A stretch of DNA of 12,749 bases from Chlamydiota bacterium (lineage in GTDB: Bacteria > Chlamydiota > Chlamydiia > Chlamydiales > SM23-39): positions 1 to 12,749 of the forward strand of contig JBCAXK010000043.1 in assembly GCA_038534095.1 (NCBI GenBank). Direction: 5' to 3'. Both the position numbers and the translations under genes were made by a program. Shown piece after piece: positions 7,649-12,749 of the stretch (its first letter is position 1; every line of letters starts with the position of its first letter). The notes under the pieces are model-generated. The model worked only from the letters and a program-made list of their open reading frames with translations. It had not been told where the DNA came from and made no database searches.

Positions 7649-8173
7649 ATGAGCAATTCTCCTGATAGACCGCTTAAAGGCAAGAAAAGCCTAAAAGACG
7701 TAGAAGCTACAATCGCCAAGGCTATTAAAAAAATTGGCGCTAAAAAAGAAAATGAACTTTGTAAATATCTACCGATGGCTTCAGGGGGTTATATGCACCA
7801 TTTCACATTAAAAAAACTGAAGCTAAAAAAACCCGAAGATCTAGCAACTCTTCTAGAAAAATTTGTCCTCGATAAAGATCGCCCGACGATCGTTCCCCCT
7901 AAACCAAGAGCGGCTCGAGGATCTCGTAAAAGACGTGACCAGCTCGTATTTACACGCTCCCAATTAGAAAGAATGCTTAGCATTGCAAAATTAGCTGGAG
8001 ATAAAGAGATCGTTTCTGTGCTAAGCCCCAAAAAATCTTTAGCTAGTTGCAAAAAGACACTCATTGGAGCGATCAAAGAAAATAAAGTGGATCATGAACT
8101 TTGGAATGCTTATGCAGAGTGCGTTGCTGCCATGCAAAACATCACAGATGTTGCAGGAAGCGCCGCAGAATAA
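7649..8173 (+). CDS. ddbA: Chlamydiae-specific DNA-binding protein DdbA (CT066/CTL0322 family)
   Basis: Strongly basic, with family blocks KENELCKYLP..SGGYMHHFTLKK, PKPRAARGSRKRRD, SPKK and ELWNAY that match my recollection of CT066. It is syntenic between ytgA and tlc, with an AAGGAAGG RBS upstream. Confidence 0.88.
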   Translation: MSNSPDRPLKGKKSLKDVEATIAKAIKKIGAKKENELCKYLPMASGGYMHHFTLKKLKLKKPEDLATLLEKFVLDKDRPTIVPPKPRAARGSRKRRDQLVFTRSQLERMLSIAKLAGDKEIVSVLSPKKSLASCKKTLIGAIKENKVDHELWNAYAECVAAMQNITDVAGSAAE

Positions 8174-8177
8174 TCCG

Positions 8178-8245
8178 AGCCACTGTCTCTAAGTTATCTA
8201 CTTATTTTTATAAATTTTTTGTAACAACAGGACAGTCGCTTTTTT
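8178..8245 (+). terminator. Possible terminator or long imperfect hairpin after ddbA
   Basis: AGCCACTGTC (8178-8187) pairs with GACAGTCGCT (8231-8240) with one mismatch, with inner GTTA/TAAC pairing and a T-run following. The loop is unusually large. Confidence 0.3.
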
Positions 8246-8246
8246 A

Positions 8247-8274
8247 TTGATTTTTATTTTTTAAACATTATAAT
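8247..8274 (+). promoter_or_regulatory. Candidate sigma66 promoter for ntt1
   Basis: TTGATT (8247-8252), 16-nt spacer, TATAAT (8269-8274), 62 nt before the ATG. Confidence 0.55.
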
Positions 8275-8300
8275 TAGAATATTCTAGTGATTTTTCACTA
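8275..8300. promoter_or_regulatory. Two abutting palindromes over the predicted ntt1 transcription start (candidate operator)
   Basis: TAGAATATTCTA (8275-8286, perfect 12-bp palindrome) and TAGTGA-tttt-TCACTA (8285-8300). Confidence 0.4.
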
Positions 8301-8336
8301 TGAAAAAAATGACTCATATTAAAAAGGATCAAAGAT

Positions 8337-9926
8337 ATGTCACAAACTACCTCTGAATTTGGTAAATGGCGCTCAAGACTTTGGCCAGTACACAATTTTG
8401 AACTAAAAAAACTCTTACCGATGTTTTTTATGTTTTTTTTAATCTCGTTCAATTACACCATTTTGCGAGATGCAAAAGACGCAATCATTGTCACTGCTAA
8501 AGGTTCTGGCGCAGAAGCCGTCCCCTTCTTAAAACTTTACGGCACCTTACCTTGCGCTATTCTCTTCTTTTTCATCTACTCAAAATTGAGTAACAAGCTT
8601 TCAAAAGAAGGTCTTTTTTACGCTGCAATCGTTCCATTCATCATCTTTTTTGGTTTGTTTGCGTTAGTCATTTATCCAAATAGAGAGTTTTTGCACCCTC
8701 ATGCCTTTGCCGATACTCTGCAAAGCACATTGCCGCAAGGCTTCATGGGACTGATTGCTCTCATAAGAAACTGGTCGTTTTCCCTTTTCTATGTCATGAG
8801 TGAGCTTTGGGGAAGCGTGGCTCTATCTCTACTTTTTTGGGGATTTGCTAATGACATCATGAAAGTGACCGAAGCAAAACGCTTTTACTCGGTGCTCGGC
8901 CTTGGAGCGAACCTCGCTCTTATGGTTTCTGGACCATTGATTACCTATTTTTCTCGAGTACAAAGCTCTCTACCTCCAGGCGTTGATCCTTGGGAATATT
9001 CACTAAACTGGCTCATGGGACTTGTCGTTCTCTCTGGACTAACTGTTGTTGGTATTTATTACTGGATGGGCAAAAACGTACTCACCGATCCAAGATTTTA
9101 CAATCCTAGCGAAGTCGTAAAAAAGAAGAGCAAACCAAAACTATCGATGAAAGAGAGTTTCAAATACCTCTTTTCTTCAAAATATTTGGCTTGCGTCGCC
9201 ATGCTTGTTATTGGTTACGGTATTTCGATCAATATTGTTGAAGTCACCTGGAAAAGCCAACTAAAACTTCAGTACCCAACACCGAACGAATACGCCGCTT
9301 TCATGGGGCAATTTTCTTACTACACAGGTTTTGTTACCTCCCTCATGATGCTCTTTGTGGGCGGAAACGTAGTGCGGATGTTTGGCTGGGGTATTACAGC
9401 AGCGGTTACTCCTATTGTTTTACTTCTAACAGGAAGCGTATTCTTTTCTTTCGTCATTTTCCGCGACGGATTTACCCCTTTTATTGCAAGCCTTGGAACA
9501 TCTCCTCTGATGCTGGCTGTGATCATTGGAATGGTGCAAAACATCATGAGCAAGTCTTGTAAGTACTCTCTCTTTGATCCAACAAAAGAGATGTCTTACA
9601 TCCCTCTTGACCCAGAAATGAAGGTCAAAGGGAAAGCGGCTATCGATGTTGTCGGTGCAAGATTAGGAAAATCAGGAGGAGCTCTCTTACAGCAAGGCCT
9701 GATCCTCACCCTTGGATCGATTGCGGCAATGACCCCCTATGTTGCGGTCATTTTGATTGCGATCATCTCTTTATGGCTAATGGCTGTCCGTTCACTAAAC
9801 TCGCAGTTCTTATCTCTCACGAAAGATAAGGCAGATTCTCGCGAGGAACCTAAGCCAAACCAAAAAGAGGAGCTCCCTGCTTCTGCAGAAAAAGCAGAAG
9901 AACAGGAGCCTGCAACGACAAAGTAG
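8337..9926 (+). CDS. ntt1: Nucleotide transport protein of the TLC/AAA family, probable ATP/ADP translocase Ntt1 (Npt1/Tlc1)
   Basis: Family motifs ELKKLLP, FNYTILRDAKD, GAEAVPFLKLYG, FYVMSELWGS, FWGFAN, EAKRFY, NIVEVTWK and KYSLFDPTKEMSYIPLD..K.KGKAAIDVVGARLGKSGG. About 12 TM segments and a charged C-terminal tail. It occupies the same position as CT065 next to CT066. Confidence 0.95.
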   Translation: MSQTTSEFGKWRSRLWPVHNFELKKLLPMFFMFFLISFNYTILRDAKDAIIVTAKGSGAEAVPFLKLYGTLPCAILFFFIYSKLSNKLSKEGLFYAAIVPFIIFFGLFALVIYPNREFLHPHAFADTLQSTLPQGFMGLIALIRNWSFSLFYVMSELWGSVALSLLFWGFANDIMKVTEAKRFYSVLGLGANLALMVSGPLITYFSRVQSSLPPGVDPWEYSLNWLMGLVVLSGLTVVGIYYWMGKNVLTDPRFYNPSEVVKKKSKPKLSMKESFKYLFSSKYLACVAMLVIGYGISINIVEVTWKSQLKLQYPTPNEYAAFMGQFSYYTGFVTSLMMLFVGGNVVRMFGWGITAAVTPIVLLLTGSVFFSFVIFRDGFTPFIASLGTSPLMLAVIIGMVQNIMSKSCKYSLFDPTKEMSYIPLDPEMKVKGKAAIDVVGARLGKSGGALLQQGLILTLGSIAAMTPYVAVILIAIISLWLMAVRSLNSQFLSLTKDKADSREEPKPNQKEELPASAEKAEEQEPATTK

Positions 9927-9979
9927 GCACCTCCTTCTGACAGTCTCTCTGTCATTAGAGCAACTCGCTATTTTGTAGC

Positions 9980-10015
9980 AAAAACAGTCTTTTCTTTTAG
10001 AGAAGGCTGTTTTTT
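9980..10015 (+). terminator. Intrinsic terminator of ntt1, overlapping the stop of the convergent ORF
   Basis: Stem CAGTCTTTTCT (9985-9995) / AGAGAAGGCTG (9999-10009), 11 pairs including 2 G-U, followed by TTTTTT (10010-10015) and preceded by an A5 tract. Confidence 0.7.
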
Positions 10016-10431
10016 ATTTCAGAAGAGAACTGTTCGGGATCATACATACGCATAATCGTTAGGCCTAGGTTGCTACAAACCCCATTCATTCCTTTTTCCA
10101 ATTCCCTTGGATCCTCAATTTTTCCCATTTCAAAATCTAACAAAAAACTATGCGCTGTATGGTGCCTTCCTTTTGGCCCTATTTTTAACGGAAAATTTTG
10201 GAAAGTCTCCACAATCGCTTTCGCTAAGTCTCTTGTAAGCCGGTTTTTTCCTAAAGCGTCCTCACAAATAGACCGGTAAGCCTCCAATACTTTCTCTGGA
10301 TGGCTATGGTTTTTACGATAGTACTCAAGAGCGCTTCGCAAATTTTTCATATGTTTTGTAAACTGCTCATAATACAGCTGATCTTTGTTTTGGTGTTTGG
10401 CGTTTTTTTTTGCTGACTGCTTCTTGCGCAT
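9997..10431 (-). CDS. Hypothetical protein, 144 aa, soluble, with a basic N-terminus
   Basis: Open frame with a good RBS (AAGGGGG-tatc-ATG), bounded by an AT-rich spacer and a terminator. No family recognised. Confidence 0.75.
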   Translation of the reverse strand: MRKKQSAKKNAKHQNKDQLYYEQFTKHMKNLRSALEYYRKNHSHPEKVLEAYRSICEDALGKNRLTRDLAKAIVETFQNFPLKIGPKGRHHTAHSFLLDFEMGKIEDPRELEKGMNGVCSNLGLTIMRMYDPEQFSSEIKNSLL

Positions 10432-10639
10432 GATACCCCCTTTTTAAAACAACCACCCCTAAATCCTAGTTAAGCAGGATTTTTTCTAATAGGCAACTTT
10501 TTATTAGATGCAATCCTATGAAAAATAACCATAACTCTTTCACAGTAAAAAGTTTATAAAAAATCTACTGCAGATGGTGAATTTTGGCATTGCTTTGACA
10601 CAAAACGTTTCTGTTTCCTAAACATGGTATCAACAACCT

Positions 10640-10678
10640 ATATTTTTAATTTACTGATTTTCAATAACTTAAAAATAT
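10640..10678. repeat. 39-bp imperfect palindrome containing two inverted IHF-like sites
   Basis: ATATTTTTAATTTACTGA-TTT-TCAATAACTTAAAAATAT has 16 of 18 positions complementary. The minus strand AATCAGTAAATTA fits WATCARNNNNTTR, and the plus strand TTTCAATAACTTA fits it with one mismatch. Confidence 0.6.
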
Positions 10679-10922
10679 TTCCGCTTAAAAAAAACAAGGT
10701 GCCATTGATTCACTATTTTCGCTCTTCTTACCCGGTTTTCAAAAAGAAAATCAATAAGAACTCCCCCAATTTTTCAGGTACAGCATCCCACAGAATCGAT
10801 GGCAAGAGGCTTTTTTAAAGAAGAAAACAGTTTTAAAAACTAGTTTTTCAATTTTATAAATAGTTATTATCCATATAATTAAGAATTATTAATAACAAAA
10901 AGCCAAATCAACAAATAAAAAT

Positions 10923-10951
10923 TTTACGAAAATAATTTTTTATGTTAGTAT
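10923..10951 (+). promoter_or_regulatory. Weak candidate promoter for the 224-aa ORF
   Basis: TTTACG (10923-10928), 17-nt spacer, TAGTAT (10946-10951) with TG at the extended -10 position. The very AT-rich context makes chance matches likely. Confidence 0.25.
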
Positions 10952-10984
10952 TTTATTGATTTATCATTCAAAAGGGAATTTTTT

Positions 10985-11659
10985 ATGAGTACTGTCGATT
11001 TACATTCTGGAAACGTGAATTTCCAAAATATTCATAGAGAGGTAAATGGATACTTTAACAATGGGTATAATTCTTCATTTAGGCAAGATTTAGACAGACT
11101 AAAAAGCGCAGTAGAGCTGAGCGGAAGAGAAGGCGAAACCTCCTATACTGACAATCTTAAGATCGGGAAGATCTTTACGCGGTCTGCTGGCATGATCCGT
11201 ATGGGAACTCTCCTCAAAAATAACGAAAGTCGCTATCAAAATGAGGCGAGAACGATTATGAGCAAACCTCTTGTGCAAACGTTCCTTAAGCTTCAAGACA
11301 TCTGGAAAAAAGCTAGAGATGTATCTCAGCACCGAGGTCCTGAAATCCTTGAATTGCAAGAAAAGAAGCGCTCTGCACAACAAAACTTGCGTCGCATTTT
11401 TACCGTGCTCACTCCTTTAGGCGCTCTTTCTGCCTTCGGCTCTGCATCCTTTTTACCGTTAACGACCGCCATTGCGATTGCCGTTTTCGCGACTTCTATG
11501 ATTTATGGTATCTACTTATCTAGCTCAGCGGGGATTTGTTATTATTATACTCATCAGCAGCAAGTTTTGAAGCAAGAGTTGGAGATGGAGAAAAAGAAAG
11601 AATTCGATAATTTACTAGTAAACATTCTAATCCAGGCTAGACGAGAAATACCCACGTAG
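10985..11659 (+). CDS. Hypothetical membrane protein, Inc-like (candidate inclusion membrane protein), 224 aa
   Basis: RBS AAGGGA. Residues 138-188 are uncharged and hydrophobic with a central Pro/Gly/Ser break, flanked by Q/E/K-rich helical segments. There is no Sec signal and the N-terminus is S/T/N-rich. Confidence 0.7.
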   Translation: MSTVDLHSGNVNFQNIHREVNGYFNNGYNSSFRQDLDRLKSAVELSGREGETSYTDNLKIGKIFTRSAGMIRMGTLLKNNESRYQNEARTIMSKPLVQTFLKLQDIWKKARDVSQHRGPEILELQEKKRSAQQNLRRIFTVLTPLGALSAFGSASFLPLTTAIAIAVFATSMIYGIYLSSSAGICYYYTHQQQVLKQELEMEKKKEFDNLLVNILIQARREIPT

Positions 11660-11743
11660 ATGTTATCTAAAAGCAAGGCAAAAAGAGGCTCTTTATCTAT
11701 GGTAGATGGTGCCAAGAGTCTCTTGAAACCCGTTCTAAACAGC

Positions 11744-11769
11744 TTTTAGGAAGCAGCTTCTTCCTAAAA
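11744..11769. terminator. Hairpin between convergent ORFs, possible terminator
   Basis: Perfect 10-bp stem TTTTAGGAAG / CTTCCTAAAA with a 6-nt loop, overlapping the TAG of the 266-aa ORF. There is no clean downstream U-tract. Confidence 0.45.
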
Positions 11770-12564
11770 ACAGCAGTCGCAACTTGTTTCTCCAGAATTC
11801 TTGTCACACTCTTCCATAAAAGAAGAACTCAAGAGTACTTTCTGATTACTATTAATAAAAATCGTATATTTTCCAAGGCCAGAAAAGTTTTTTGTTTCTG
11901 GTACGTACCTGTTTTCTACGTAGAACAAATCTTTTTTTGTTTTTAAATTGACACATTTGATGGTTTCACGTGATGAATTTTCCATACGCATAAATGCAAT
12001 ATTATTCAAGGTGGGCAACTTGCTTACACTCACGGCTAACTTTTCCACACGTTGCCGAAGTTGGTTCTCTTTTAATTCTTCATGAGGCGCTTTTGTTACT
12101 TCTTCATGAGGCGCTTTTGTTACTTCTTCATGGGGCGTTTTTGTTACTTCTTCATGAGGCGTTTCTGATTGAGTTACATTGGAACATTCGATGGACAAAG
12201 AATCGATCTTCTTTTCGAGACACTTCATATGCTTGTGTAAATTCATTAATTCCTGCGCCAAATGCCTGATATTCCTTGCTGAGATTTCCGCTAGCTTTAA
12301 TGAGTTTTGCAAATAGTTCTCAACCTGTCGTTTCCCTTTTTCAGAAAGTAACTTTATCTTCATTCGATGTACAGATGCCTTGTTTTCTCCTTCCCCCTGC
12401 GTTTCATACTCGTGGAATCTTATAAATTCACGTATAGCTTCCCACTTGCTGCCAAAAACTTTTAGAAGTTGGACAATTATCTTGACTGTATCGTTGTAGT
12501 CCAACACAGCGGTGCGAAAAACAGATTGATCGTTAGATGATTGCTGTCCACAAACATTTATCAT
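11764..12564 (-). CDS. Hypothetical protein, 266 aa, with a coiled coil, 8-aa tandem repeats and a Cys-rich C-terminus (candidate secreted effector)
   Basis: RBS AGGGG upstream of the ATG; polar N-terminus (MINVCGQQSSNDQS); heptad-like LAQELMNLHKHMKCLEKKIDSL; (T/A)PHEEVTK repeats; ends in SCDCCF. Confidence 0.8.
   Translation of the reverse strand: MINVCGQQSSNDQSVFRTAVLDYNDTVKIIVQLLKVFGSKWEAIREFIRFHEYETQGEGENKASVHRMKIKLLSEKGKRQVENYLQNSLKLAEISARNIRHLAQELMNLHKHMKCLEKKIDSLSIECSNVTQSETPHEEVTKTPHEEVTKAPHEEVTKAPHEELKENQLRQRVEKLAVSVSKLPTLNNIAFMRMENSSRETIKCVNLKTKKDLFYVENRYVPETKNFSGLGKYTIFINSNQKVLLSSSFMEECDKNSGETSCDCCF
12076..12164. repeat. Coding tandem repeat (VNTR-like), 24-bp unit, about 3.7 copies
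   Basis: TTCTTCATGAGGCGCTTTTGTTAC occurs identically at 12076-12099 and 12100-12123, with 2 substitutions at 12124-12147, and partially at 12148-12164. It encodes (T/A)PHEEVTK in frame on the minus strand. Confidence 0.95.
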
Positions 12565-12749
12565 AATGATTCCCCTATGTATAGTTTCATACTAAAAGGT
12601 ACCATTTTATGCCTTCTAGCAGAAAACCCTCCATAAAAACATGTCAACCATCGAAACTTTTCCGCAAAAGATCTAGGTGTTTGGTCCCAGAGTGTGGTGG
12701 TATGGATTAATCTTAAATTTTTCAGGCTGTTTTGTCCAGAATTGAATTA

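Noticed and set aside
9938..9954. Small hairpin TGACAG-tctct-CTGTCA just after ntt1 as the terminator
   Set aside because: It has only 6 bp and no U-tract. The hairpin at 9985-10015 is the better terminator.
10584..10598. Sigma54 promoter at TGGCATTGCTTTGAC (also TGGCA near 10800 and on the minus strand near 10705)
   Set aside because: None has the GC dinucleotide at the required -12 spacing from the -24 GG.
10624..10818. 64-aa ORF in the large spacer
   Set aside because: There is no RBS, the composition (F/K/N/I-rich) is what AT-rich noncoding DNA yields, and it runs through the palindrome. It cannot be fully excluded given the upstream TTGACA.
12076..12164. Possible CRISPR array
   Set aside because: The units are head-to-tail with no spacers, are a multiple of 3, lie in frame in a CDS, and there are no cas genes.
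11994..12269. 91-aa + strand ORF with repeated HEALLLLL
   Set aside because: It is the antisense reading of the 24-bp repeat inside the 266-aa gene. The Leu runs are a by-product of that repeat.
12604..12647. Promoter for the 266-aa ORF using the minus-strand TTGACA at 12647-12642
   Set aside because: There is no acceptable -10 at 16-18 nt spacing, and the TAAAAT at 12609-12604 is too far away and lacks its own -35.
9997..12749. Mobile element, prophage or defence island explanation for the orphan region
   Set aside because: No integrase, transposase, nuclease or toxin-antitoxin motifs, tRNA target or terminal repeats are visible in the window.

Overview
This window is chromosomal DNA from a member of the phylum Chlamydiota, most likely an environmental (non-Chlamydiaceae) lineage. 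Bases 234-9926 reproduce the gene order I recall for C. trachomatis CT065-CT072. A minus-strand, tightly coupled run ytgA-ytgB-ytgCR-ytgD-dxr-rseP lies divergent from the DNA-binding protein gene ddbA (CT066 family) and an ATP/ADP translocase (tlc/Ntt1). YtgC carries the C-terminal DtxR-like YtgR repressor domain but has YLF where C. trachomatis has the regulatory WWW motif. After ntt1 come three orphan ORFs: a basic 144-aa protein, an Inc-like 224-aa protein with a 51-residue uncharged hydrophobic segment, and a 266-aa coiled-coil protein with a 24-bp coding tandem repeat and a Cys-rich C-terminus (CDCCF). The AT-rich spacers hold several clear promoters, hairpins and palindromes. I found no rRNA, tRNA, CRISPR array or transposase. 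I cannot demonstrate a new multi-gene system. The best candidates for undescribed biology are the putative effector cassette and the regulatory elements around ddbA, ntt1 and ytgCR. All family calls come from motif recognition and recalled sequences, not database searches.
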